DNA of 64,000 nucleotides from Hydrolagus colliei (lineage: Eukaryota), in NCBI GenBank assembly GCA_035084275.1, contig CM068757.1:6386001-6450000 (forward strand). The letters are read 5' to 3'. A program made the translations under genes and the position numbers. The notes below the pieces were generated by a model. That model had not been told where the DNA came from and did not search any database. It saw only the letters and a list, made by a program, of their open reading frames with translations. The stretch's first letter is position 1. Each line of letters starts with the position of its first letter. Of this stretch, positions 24,418 to 37,306 are shown in pieces.

Positions 24418-24472
24418 CATTGAGACGTTGATAAGACATGAAAAGCGCTATATCAAATGCAAGGATTATTAT
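24418..24472 (+). mobile_element. SINE tail fragment just upstream of the 34-nt exon
   Basis: ttgagacgttgataagacatgaaaagcgctatatcaaatgcaaggattatt. Confidence 0.75.
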
Positions 24473-25316
24473 AATATATGTATATTATTGGGTCATCTCC
24501 ATTGTCAAGGAATACAGTCTTTTTTTAATGGACCGATACTTACAGTAGCTTGAAACTGAATACATAGAGAAATGATAGAGAAAACAAGCCTAACAATACA
24601 AACTATGCATTGGTTACTAATGTGGCAGTTACAGTAGAAATCTTGTGAAGGCTTTCTTTTGTGTTGCAGCCACACAAGTCAATTTGGATCGGCTCAGGGC
24701 TTTGAATTGGTAGGCACCCAGAAGAGACCATGTCACACCATTGTTGATAGTGCCCTGGCAGCGGTAAAACTACTTTGAACAAGACACCGGTCGTAACATT
24801 GCCTCCACGATCCACATGGTGCGCAAAGGTGAAGCAACTAAACTGGGCTGGGCAATCCAATGAACAACAGCAACCTAAACTGCGACAGTAAAAAAAAAGG
24901 CGGTTGACGTTTTCATAAGCAAACTGCAACAATAGGGGTTTAGTGTAATTAGGACAGCATGTAATTGCAACTGAAAACCATTTTGATTCTCACCATTCAT
25001 TTTCGAATAGAATGTGTACATGATTATTGTTATTATTGAATGAGAAAATACAATTTCACTCCCCCGTAAACTTGAGGCACGCTGTTACTGGTATTTTGTG
25101 TCACTCATGCTGCATTTGTGCTGCACATTTGGCAAGGATTCGCCAGGAATTTGGCAGCGCTTTGCATTTTGAACTCAGTAGGAATGGCATCGTGCTTGCT
25201 CCCCATATTGTCTGCTCAAACCTCTTCACTGTCCAGAATGGATGGGCGGATGGGCCAGTAACTATGAACAGACCATTTAAAAATATATATATGATTAAAG
25301 AGAAGGTCATAATGGT

Positions 25317-25612
25317 GGCGTCCTGTAGCTCAATGGTTAGAGCACTCGCCTTACGAGATTATGTGTTCGAATCCAAGCAGGTCGGGGCAAAGCCTTGGGC
25401 AAGTTTCTTTCCTCCACACTCCCAATCATTATCTCTCCAAAAAAACAACAATAAATTGGTCATTTTAATCCTTGACTGTTTGTGGGATACTGCTGTGCGC
25501 AATTGGCAGCTGTGTTTCGCCCCAAAATATGCAGTATATTCTGTGAAGGGCTTTGAGACATTGAGAAGACGTGAAAAGCGCTATATCAAATGCCAGGATT
25601 ATTATTATTATT
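25317..25612 (+). mobile_element. Near full-length tRNA-derived SINE
   Basis: Head ggcgtcctgtagctcaatggttagagc, gttcgaatcc, core, (TTA)n tail. Confidence 0.92.
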
Positions 25613-26555
25613 TTAATCAAATCTCTCCAGCACCAGTCCACCATGCCCTCGTGTTTGATCTGATTGATAAGCTAAACTGGTTCAGTTCCCAGCGAAAAAC
25701 TAGACTTTAACAGACATCTGCTCCACATGCAAGCTGCACCTTTAGCCTCCAGCCTCCAGTGCACAATAATTGATTCCTTGAATTTTAATGAGTGATGAGA
25801 AGATGCATTTTTCCACCCAATATTCAGTTATGATGATTAATGATTTCATCTCTGCAGCAATTAGTGCAGCTACCTCTACCCAGAAACCCAGAATTGGCAG
25901 TAAAACGATGGTCAAATATCAAAATACTCAAAGCAATTTATCATTCATTTAAATGTTGCAGAACTGTGTAGCACGATGCTTGCATTCTTCAAAGCATCTC
26001 AAAATTGCTTACTACAACAAACTATCAAATCTTTGGCTTTGAGCATTTTTTCCATCCTCCAAATGCGTGAATCTCAATGTAGGGTGTGTGGGAGAGAGGG
26101 AAGGAGTAAAAGGGTAGAAGTCACTAGGGTTTAGGCAAAATTATTTTTTTTCCCTCATCTCCCACCCGCCTTCAGTGAAAACTCTGAATCGAAAATCAAG
26201 GCTCTTCCTCCCCAACCCCTTCTCCAACCCGCAGGAAATCCACACTGATGGTGTCTTCTAGTCTCACTTGTGGCTGCTAATCGCTCTTCATCTTCATCAA
26301 CAACGACATCAGTTTCTGAAACTTATTATTAGCTCAGAGCCTTACATTCGGGTTCCGTTGGTGACATTCACTGAACTCTTTCCAGTCTGACAATGACGTG
26401 TTAAATGCAGGAAGCCCCAAATTGCACACAGTGTTTCTACACATGATTTTACCAACCATCTTATCATAATGGAAGCGTCTGCTTGGAACTCTTCAGAAGC
26501 TTGCTGACAGGTGGATGGTCTGTATCAGTGAATAAAGTCCAGTGCTACACTTTAG

Positions 26556-26698
26556 GCGCAATTGACTGCCGCGTTTCGCCCACAAATATATATACAGTCA
26601 ATTCACTTTACAGCATTTTCTGTGGAGCGCTTTGAGACCTCTAGAAGATGTGAAAAGCTCTATATCAAATGCAAGGATCATTATTATTATCATCATTA
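26556..26698 (+). mobile_element. SINE 3' half
   Basis: gcgcaattgactgccgcgtttcgcccacaaa...atcaaatgcaaggatcattatt. Confidence 0.85.
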
Positions 26699-29600
26699 CA
26701 CACAAGTTAACAATCTCTCTACCTCCACCCAACTTGTAAGCTTGAACACAAGGTGTGTGCAGCAGTAGCATGTTGGACGTGAGCTCACACTGAGCGTCTT
26801 TGTCCCCCCCCCTTCCCTCCTCCGCAAGTGCAACAGATAAAAAGGTGGCTGCGGGTGGGGAGCAAGGGGGGAGCGAAAACTTTATATCCAAAGCAATATG
26901 GGGGTGAGGGGAACGCTTGCTAATTGGACAAGTGCCTGCAAACCTCCAGGTGCTTCTCACACCATGTTGCCACTCATTAATGTCTCGCCCCGCATGGCAG
27001 TGGTAAAAAGGTAAAAGAACACAGCAGCCGACTGCTGTGCCGACTGTGTTGAACATTTGTCATCGCTGGCCTAGAGATTCAGACACCACTGAGATCACAA
27101 ACATTGCAGAACTATCAGGTACTAATAAACCATAAAGTCAGATAATGTCTGCGTGCGAAATGCTGTGCCTTTCCTAGTCTCCGCACACAGCAGGCACTCC
27201 TAATGGACATATTTCTACAATTTTATGTCACGGCTCATTTTGGAATCATGTTTCCCAAGCACTGTGGGGAGGAGGTTCTCAATTTACCCAGACTGTCAAC
27301 AGGAGAGAGAACGAAGTAGGGAAAGTTAAACACCCTTTAGTAGTCCAGCCAGGGTTACTACATGGCTGGAAGGAACAAATCATTCTGACCGTTATTACTC
27401 AAGAGAAATACATATAAACTAAAATACCGTGTATGCATGCACATTGCACAAATTCTCAGCTATGCTGATATCATGGACACAATGGAGATAACTGCCTTCA
27501 TTCCTATGTGAACACTTCAATTAAACTGCCAGCTATAGTAACATCTACTCTATGTTCGCACACCGTCCTTTGACTGTGTGTGGCTCTGGTTCGACCGAGT
27601 GCAGTCTCCACTCTCGGCTGTTTGTGATAATTCGAATTGAGAAATGGAAGAAATGAGCAAGAATCCACAGGACGCAAGTAGTCATAATCTGGCAGTAATT
27701 GTCCCTGACGTGCAGGATCAAGAATCATTTGAAATAATGAAAGTAAAAATCTCTGGGATGTCTGGTGTCCCAGTTGAAATGAGATTCAACTAGTATCATA
27801 TACAGTACTCAGTGTTACTCACTATTTCTTGTGAAGTAACCTCCCCTAGGGTACACATTAAGCCATTCATTTAAGTGGGTTTGCAATCTACGTCACTGCT
27901 TTGCTGAAAGAACTCCTGTCTATGATCTGATCTAAGGTTGCACCTACAGACAATTGGATCGATCGTACATCCATTGCTAACAATAGAAATCTCCCATTGT
28001 AAAGAGGGAATGAAAGGATTGCTAATTTTAGCGATCGGTGTACAATTTCCCCAGTGTTCAATGACTTGTGTATGTTGCCTGAAAGGATCAAGCTAATCCT
28101 CACTGACTGAAGATTCACAGCTTGTTCAGATACTGACACTTCCCAATATCTAAGGCTCATTAACCAATCTGGAATTCATGACTGCTCTAAGGTACAAACA
28201 CCTGACCACCTGCTTTAGGGGAAGTGTGAAAATGATTTGTTTATTTAATACCTTGGATGAAGATTTCACGATATTACGTATGTTAAACGGTGTACATTAG
28301 TCAGTTAATGCTTCCCTCGGCTGAATCTTTCTGCGAGTGCTTTACTTTCAGTGGGGAACAACACAAGAACCGTTAAACCTACAGCCCTGTCAGGTGTACT
28401 ATTTTCTAGCAGAGTTCGATCTTAACTTCCAGGTATTCTTAAAGGAGCAGACACCATGCCTGAGGTGCCTGAAAAAAAAGCGAGATTTAGCTCCCCACTC
28501 AATTTGAGCATAAAGTGATTGGGCGCAAAAGCAACGAGTGTTAAAGTTGATTTAGCTAATGAGACAATCTACATTGGCTGCGACAGACACCGCAGGTAAT
28601 GAGTTGTCACAGATACGGCAGTCAGAATGGATTCGCTGCTGGGGCGGGTGGGGAGAGTGCTGTGGGAAAACAATAACTGATCAACAAATCTTGAGTGTTG
28701 CCCAGCACAAGCAAGACCAACACTCAAAATCAAAGGGAACTTCCTAAGGAACTTGAACACAGACAATGAAATGAGGTCCAAAACAAAAGTCTGAATCATG
28801 ACATACAGTTGCTGTAGTTCACAGTAAAATCCTGTGAAGCGATTTGAGGGAGATGCTGTCACCTGGATCCACAGAAGAATGGCTTTGGGTGAGTAGGTGG
28901 GATGCATGGAATTCTCAGTTTGTTTGGATAGTCTTTAGCACATGATGGGCTGGTTTCCATACGTGTCAGATACCCGGTTGATCAAAATAAAAATGTCTTG
29001 TTTCCTATTTTGTTATGTTAAGCAAAGCAGCTTGTGTTCTCATTCTTACAGCAAGCTGCTAACTCACTGGGTCATCATGTTTGGTGTGCTCAGTGGGATT
29101 TTGAGGGGAAAGCATTAACCGCTGCTAGGTATCCTCCATTTATTCTGCTGCCATCAACTCCAAGAGCAGGCAACAGACAACACACTGGAGCAAGCCACTT
29201 CAGGACTATGGAGCTTGTCATACAATTTTTGTTAAAAAAAAGAGACAAATTAAAAACATTATTTTTCACTGTGTTAACATAGTTTTCTACATTACATATC
29301 CTTTAAGGTGGTTGATTTTCCTAGTGATTACCCTCAGTTTTTTTTGGGGGGGTTGCAATTTATGTTTGAACCAACTCTTTGATGGCTGCAGTTTGTATTA
29401 ACTGGGGTTTTCGAAGCGTGCCACCGTACCTCACTCTGGCTACTCAGTGAGGAGGATTAAGACATATTTTACTGTGAAAAATTATTTTGCAGAACGTTGT
29501 CAATGAAAGTTAATAGCCTCATACATTCTGCTGAGTCTCCATTTGTTGCTGTCAGTGTTATAAAGAGTCACTTTGTCTAATGCAGCATGTGTGAATTATC

Positions 29601-29967
29601 ACCTCCGCCATTTTATGAATTAAAATCAAGATTACACTGCTTAATATTTAATTGCTGCTAAAATACCAGGTACTTGCAAAATCAAAATGAAGATTAATGC
29701 GTGTTCAGAGAAAACAAATCCTTTTCAGAGGGTTGATGATGTCCCAGTAAATCACAATATATTCCCCCCTTTACCCCCAGCCCACATTAAAACACATCCC
29801 AAATAAATATTCAATCCAGTTTAAACATTTGCTTGGTCATTGATAACAGTCATTTGTATGAAGACACAATGAATAATGTATTCAATGTGAACAAATTATA
29901 CTTCTAACACAAGCAATTATTAAAACCCATTTTGAGTCGCATATTAAAACTAAGGAGGGAGAACTTA

Positions 29968-30213
<246 letters not shown>

Positions 30214-32631
30214 TCAAAGCGTAATGTTCAATTTTAACGCTTTGCCTTTGGACTGGTGAACCTTGCTCACTGAGGAAAGATCAAAATAAAACACAATCAG
30301 GTGGTTTTACTCTTAATTTGAACAAAAATAAAACTGAATGAAGGAAGGGAATTGATTGCAATGTTCAGCGTTGCCTATTTAGAGACGAGGTAGGTTTATA
30401 TACTCAAAGACTTTGAAATCTGCAAAGGAAAGACTTCAATTAGCAAAAAGCATCTGCTACTGTAACAAGTGTGGGGATCGCAAAGCTATTTCCAGTTTCA
30501 TTTCCCCCCCCCCCCCACCCCTATTATAATGAAGTTCCCAAAGATTTCTCAGTCTCTCGTCCTCTTGGATGTAAAGAGCAGCTGGGACTGTGGTGTTGCC
30601 ATCTCTCCCCCATGGTGTCATGATGAGAGAGTACTTCAGAGAGTGGCCAGAGAGACGCAGCACCCATCAGGAAGCTGGCACTGACGCGCTGAAACTTCGC
30701 CAGTTTAGTTATAAAGTGGGGGAATCACCCTCTCACCAGACGCTGAGTGTCAAAACCCATCTCAGTCGTGGCAGACGGCCGCAGTTGTCAGGACAGCGTC
30801 GCTGCCTTCCTGCGTCAATAGACCTTCCCAGTATAAGTCAGATGATAAGCCTTCAGGAATAAGCCTTGTCTTTAGGAAGTCCTCGTCAGCCACCTCTGTG
30901 GAGGGAGCCAGGAGTAATCCATTTACATCCATATGCAAAGCGAGGGCTCCCATTAATATAATTGCAGCAATGGTGAAGGAGCAGACTCTGTATTAAAGCT
31001 GAATTACAGCAGCAGCTTTGCCATATGCTAAGATATTAGTTCCTAGAAGCAGTTCCCTGTACTTTACGAATGCAGTCTTGCAACTCTCTCCTGCACTGGA
31101 GCTCTGAGCGGCCGTAGACATTCACTCTTACAGGGGGAGCCACATTGAGGGGCCGTGGACCCAAACAACAAATCATCCAAAGTCTTTTTCAAAGCAACAC
31201 ACAGACTTCTCCCGAATCAGTCCAGAGAAAAGCCAACAAAAGCAACTCGGTGTAAAAGTTGGGCAGGGCAGTCTGCCAAACCCAGAAGTAATGTGCTTTG
31301 GCAATTGGTTTTAAGAACACATCCCCACTCGAATGATTCCACACGGTGTAAGCTACAAAATTTATAGATTACATCTGTATTTCCCAACAAACCTTAACAA
31401 ATGTACCAGGAATTAATCGGGACAGGAGTGTTGTCTTCTGAAGAACTACACGGAAAGAAATCAAAAAAGGTACACGTTTATGTTTTGTAAAATTACAATC
31501 CATTTGACAGGAAGCAGAGCAAAATGGAACTGGCATACCTGTATAAAGCTGCTCTATCACCAATTTCATCACTGTAGTTCAACGACAGCAACATTGCAAG
31601 ATCTACAAGTCTCTCACACAAGTTCAAACTCAGCATTCCGTTACTGTGATATTAATTAGTTCCACATTAACCTAGTTACTCAAATCACAGTAAGAAATGA
31701 TTAATACAAATGCTTCATTTCATGCCAATCTGCCAGCTCAGGCCATGTGCATTTATGCGGTTTGAATCCTTTGGCATCTGATTGTGATTAGTCTATTAAT
31801 ATTCAGTGTTATTCCACTTGATGCCCCTTAAAGTCAACTTTATTTTAGCGATTTTTATCTAGCAGACTCTTGGATGCCGGATATTTTGCCGGTGGCGTAA
31901 CCGATAACAATCTTGCAATACGCACTGAGTACACTGAGCCTTCATAAACCAGTTGCACAATAAAGATCATTAATACCATTTATCTATCTAGATGGATTAT
32001 AAATATCATGAAACAAGGTCAAAGATAGCACCCCAAGTCAATAATAAAGAGTAGATTTCCTTCATTCCCAGTAAAGAACCCAAATAATAGAACATATTTT
32101 AAAATATATTATTTGAGTGTTTCATGATATAAAACAGATGAGCATGTTCAAAGCTATGCTCTAACATGAGTCGTTGCTTCCATGGTTCATGAAATCACCT
32201 AAACCTCTTGATTACATCAAAGTCTCGCAATTCACTCCCTGGGCAGCCATTACCACTGTATCGTTGGTGCAAAACAAAAGTTCAGGTTAATGTGACATGT
32301 GCATGTACTGATTGTTAATCCACTCACTCACTTCAGCTCAATCTAGCGTAAGTGAAAGTAAGTTGTCATTTAAATGGAAATGCAAACTTAATGAGGCTGA
32401 ATTCTTCAGAGGAAATTAATCCACGCTCCACCTTCATAACATTTGCATATTTAAATGCGGCACAGATGCACATTTGGGAATAGCAGACTACACATGGCGT
32501 GCTCTCCGCTTGCTCAATGAAGAAGACTTGACAACATTAAATAAGATGGCCTGGTCTTTAAGGCTCAATTCACACAGGCCAGTGACTTCATTAATTGAAG
32601 CATTAGGAAGCCTTGGATTCTCATTTCGCAC

Positions 32632-32770
32632 ATAATAATAACAATGATAATCCTGGTGTGTGATATAGCTCGCGCCTCTCATGTCAGGAAGACGTCTCAA
32701 ATTACTTTGCAATATTTACTGACTGTGAACTTAGTAGCTGACCAATTTGCCAACAGCCAAATTGCACAAA
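32632..32770 (-). mobile_element. Degenerate SINE 3' half
   Basis: ataatcctgg...gatatagc...gacgtctcaa...cagccaaattgcaca. Confidence 0.6.
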
Positions 32771-33754
32771 GAATCATAAAGTGAATTACAACATGTATTC
32801 AAGTTACACATCTATCATCCCTTCATGTCTTCTTGTGCCGGATGAAACCCTTTCGTCCATTCGAGAGTTTCAGCCCCAAAGACGAATGGAGACTTCATGC
32901 GTTGGGTCCTGCTGCCTCTCTTTCCCCTCATTCTACTGCGCTGAAATGCTACACACCATTTGTTGCGTGTACCTTCTTTCGCATGAAATTTCCATTTGTA
33001 GACATTTGCTCCGATGCCAAGTGTGACAATGTGGTCAGGTCACAGACCCCAAGTCGGAGTGTGAAATTCCCTTTTCGAAAAAAAAATAAAAGCAACAGCG
33101 TTCAATTTAATCAGAAAGCCTTTCCATTTAATATCTCGGATGCAGAATGGGATTTGCGACGATTTTCCTGGAGCTACTGATTGCGCTCCGTGGTGTTGAT
33201 GAAAAAAAATTGGAGAGGTCAGGTGAGGTTGAGGTCGCGCCATTTTAATATGTGGCAAAAGGCTCCTTCGGGCAGAGATACTGTAGGTCACGGCTATTTT
33301 TGCACCTCACACCAATGACAGCAGCTTGTTTTTCCTTTGCATCTGGGAAAATGTCAGAATAGTCCTCTGATATTAAAATATTAATATCAGCCCAGAGAGT
33401 GGCAGCATGTGTTCCGAGTACAAAGTCTAATAATATCTCTTGCAACCCCCCCCCCCCACACCCCCTCCCCGCGCTCCTATTTCCGTAACCACTACAGTGG
33501 GTTTCGTCCACTTGTGCTGCTAATGGATACAGAATTAGTAAGCTCCATTTATCACAAGAGAAATCGGAGCCTGAAGACACAGGCGGAAAGATGGGATTTG
33601 CATCCGCAACGTGTAACCACATGCCTTCAGACTTGGTGCTGTATCACAGCTGGCTGCCAATTCACCCCCAAACCGTACAAATACCCGTTCGCATTTTACT
33701 CGGTTCTACGGCGCGTGAAGATGTAGGTCACAAGGAAGGTGAAACGGAAGACTG

Positions 33755-33761
<7 letters not shown>

Positions 33762-33798
<37 letters not shown>
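33762..33798. repeat. (GA)n microsatellite
   Basis: Seen directly. Confidence 0.9.
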
Positions 33799-33800
<2 letters not shown>

Positions 33801-35751
33801 ATCAGACGACAAAAAGCGGATACAATGTGCGAGGGCGCTGGAAACTAAACTAAGAATCCCTCAAAGGAACAGAAACTGTGAGAGTGCTTCCCTGCACATC
33901 TTTAGAATCCGTCTCACCAGCAGCAGAATTAGGGAGGAGAGCAGCAGGCAATAACTACACAAATGTATCCGGGATCTATAGTAAAGATAGGTTTCAATCC
34001 TGGGCACATCCCTCTCCCGCATCCCCTACCCAGGGGCTCCACGTGACTCGGTTTAGAATCAAAGAATGTTTACAGTGCAGAAAGATCCAGTTCCTCTCCT
34101 CGAGGAAATGATTCATGCTGTCACAGTGTTGCACAGTTGCTCATCAGAGGCAAGGTAACTCTGACGTAGCAGGTCTCCATGGGGGAGCCTGGATGGACAG
34201 TGAGTGAGTATGTATAGTCTACTCATCTGTGAGCATTAAGCTCGCGCGTCTGCAATACTTGAATTGTAGAATGTATTGTGTGTAGGAGGATGTTTACCCG
34301 AGGCTACGGTTTTGTCAACCTGAGCCATCAGAGGACCCCACCCCCCCAGGAAACACCTTGTTGAATGGCTCCATGCAGATCATAGGACAAATGACATCAG
34401 ATTAAGGTGCGCATCGGCCCAAAGGCACACACATTCACTACATGCAGAGCTCAGGAGACACAGAGCTTGAATACATTAAATACAAAATGTGGCTGACGCA
34501 TTAATGGGGGGAGAAAAAAATCCTAGGTCTTGATCAACTCAATGATAAAATATTGCATTTTAGAACTTCCAAAATCTGGCAAATTCTTACATATAGCCTT
34601 AACCTTGTAGTTACAGAAACCTAACTTTAAAATTGAATTCTCAACAATTTGCCAATTTTTTCCTTTTATATACGTACATACACACGGTATAAATCTGGAT
34701 TCAGGTGAGATTTCTCCGCACATAGTGATTGGACCAATTATGGAACAGATGAACGATGTCTCTGACATCATCCTGCATGCTATTGCCGCATTCCCTCCAG
34801 TAATATATATAACCTTTATTATTACTATTATATATATAATCTATAACCATCTAAATTATTTCAGTTATTTTCAATTTGACATTGCGTTAGGTTTGTCCGC
34901 CTTGTCGAGTCCACATCCACAAATGCACTGTGGGGTGTATACATCGAGCATAAAGGCTTCCGGGAGTATTACTTTCCTGGTATCTCACAGATTGCTACTT
35001 ACTGCGGCACTACCGCCTCACTGTGTCAAACCTCGCTTTTAATCTGCATCATACACTCACCATTTTCTGTCCTGTCAACCCCCAGATAAGCCAGCCTGTG
35101 ATGCGCTCAATCTTTGCCTCCTCCACGTTTGTAATGACAGCTATTGGTACATCCAACCCACTGTCGCTGCTTTCTCTTCTCAGCGCCAAATTGCCTCTTA
35201 CACGCTTTCATTTGCTCTCCTTACCCATTGTTCAATCAATCACTAAATTTCAGGCAACAAGCTGGCAATTGCACCCCAGTGATGAATAAGTTGCTGCGAA
35301 TATTAAAAGATAAGAACCCCCTACATCCCCCACCCCCCCCACCAAACCAGAGCACAAAAGAGATATCCAGCATGTTTCTAAATGAACGTCCTTATCTCCC
35401 AGTGGTGGGTTCTTGTCAGTATTGTATGGAGTGTAAACATGCCATTTTTCAGCTTATAGAAAAAAAAGACATTTTACAGGTCTATCCATTAATGGGGTGT
35501 TACATTTAATAAAAGGTAAAATGCTTGAATCTAAAACAGAGCACAGAAGCTTTCCTGCCAACCATACTAATGTGCGCTTGGTACAGGCTGTCTCTAAGCC
35601 CGGTAGAATCATACTTAACATCAGTTTAACAAAAGGGAATGCAAAAAAAAGCGACAGGGGAAATAGCTGTTTGATAACACTGCTGAAACTGCTCCAGCAA
35701 AAGCCTTCTATAAGGACCACCACTGGGTCTGACCTCAGGAAGCCTCTTAAG

Positions 35752-35890
35752 AATAATGATCCCTGGACTTGATGTAGTGTTTTACCATACTGTTGAGTCG
35801 TCTTAAAGCGCTTCACAGAATACAACACCAACAAAATGTAACACTTGTATCGCGCTTTTCATGTCAGGAGGACGTCCCAAGGCGTTAGAT
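35752..35890 (-). mobile_element. SINE tail interrupted by a (TTG)-tailed L2-like 3' stub
   Basis: SINE tail runs to cttcacagaatac (35823), then aacaccaacaaaatgtaacacttgtatcgcgcttttcatgtcaggaggacgtcccaaggcg. Confidence 0.65.
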
Positions 35891-35958
35891 AGTCATTGTT
35901 TCACACCCGAGCTGGGGGTCGGTGATATAGTGTAAACATAATGCAAAGTCACGTAATA

Positions 35959-36280
35959 CAGGTACCCCTCCCCAACCGCGGGGGATACGTTCCTGAAAAT
36001 CTCCGCGGTTCGTAAAACCGCAGTTGGAAAATACAGGACCCTTCTTGTGGAGAAGGTGGTGTGGTGGGTGACACCGAGGGGGGTGGATGCGGAGAAGCGA
36101 CATCGTGGCTGGTTGATTGAGACATCGCAACTGTGTCCTAGCGCCAAACGCTAGTGTTAGTGTTAAAACCCATGGATACACGAAACCCATTGCCGTGGTT
36201 AGCGAGGGTTGTCACAGCGAACCAACCATGGATACGTGAAATTCGCGGTAGAAAAAACCACGGTTGGGACGGGGTACCTG
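35959..36280. mobile_element. Tc1/mariner-superfamily (pogo/Tigger-like) MITE, 322 bp
   Basis: TA|caggtacccctccccaaccgcgg ... ccacggttgggacggggtacctg|TA: ~23-bp TIRs and a TA target-site duplication, no coding capacity. Confidence 0.9.
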
Positions 36281-36991
36281 TATAGTGTAAAGTGTACATA
36301 GTGAATTGACTGTGTACCGGGTGAAGATATGCAGGCCGAGGATACCCTCACTCTAACATGACATTGATAATTTCAAATGAAATTGCTCAGTTAAACAGTC
36401 TGAGTGGAGACCCCGGCTGGCAACTGGAAATCAGTCCCTTACAGTTGACTCACTTGATTTAATATCTCACAGATATTTGTGACACAGGCGCTGAAATGCA
36501 CTTGTTTAAATCATTCTCTTTTACACTTCGAAGGGCACCATTTGCCAGGCCAGTGAATTACCGCTGACAGTTTTCTCTGCCTTTCAGAGCCCAAGGCAGC
36601 AAGGTTACACTTCACCTTACAGCGTTGAGGTTATTTCCACAGTAAAACCGCTGAATCGCAAGCTGCAGACATCAGGTCATGTTTCAACAGATTTCCTGAA
36701 CTGCTCGCACGCTTCCGAGACGGACGGGGGAGGGGGAGGAGAGCAGGGACTTGAAACAGCTGTTTCAAGACAGAAGAGACAAATGCGATGATAACTTGAT
36801 GGTGCATTTGGTGTGACAGGAGGGGCAGTGTATTGCACACTGTCCAAAGATCAGCCATCAATATGGATCAGGGTGTTTGCAAAAGAAAGTGGCTCTTGTA
36901 CATTGCTGTGTTTTGTCCCTCATTCCTCAAATTGTCACCGGTATCCTGGATGATATACTCCACAAAACCTTAAGTTCGGCAATTAATCCTT

Positions 36992-37306
36992 ATAATAATA
37001 ATCCTTACATTTTGATATAGCGCTTTTCACATCTTATCGATGTCTCAAAGCGCTTCACAGAATATACTGTAAAGTGAATTGACTGTATATTTGTGGGTGA
37101 AACACGGCAGCCAATTGCGCACAGCAGCGTCCCACAAACAGGATTGAAAATGACCAATTTTATTATTGTGTTTTTTTGGGGATGGACTATTATTATTAGG
37201 CATGTGGAATAAGGAAACTTGTCCAAGGTTTTGCCCTGATCTGCCTGGATTCGAACACAGGTCTCACGCTTGTAAGGCGAGTGCTCTAACCACTGAGCTA
37301 CAGGAG
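36992..37306 (-). mobile_element. Full-length tRNA-derived SINE
   Basis: Complete head, core and tail in reverse orientation. Confidence 0.92.

Noticed and set aside
25027-25710. Longest ORF in the track (227 aa, +)
   Set aside because: It reads through a SINE copy and has no protein-like features. The similar peptides in other ORFs (e.g. 59112..59642, 37005..37226, 41716..41937) are SINE translations.
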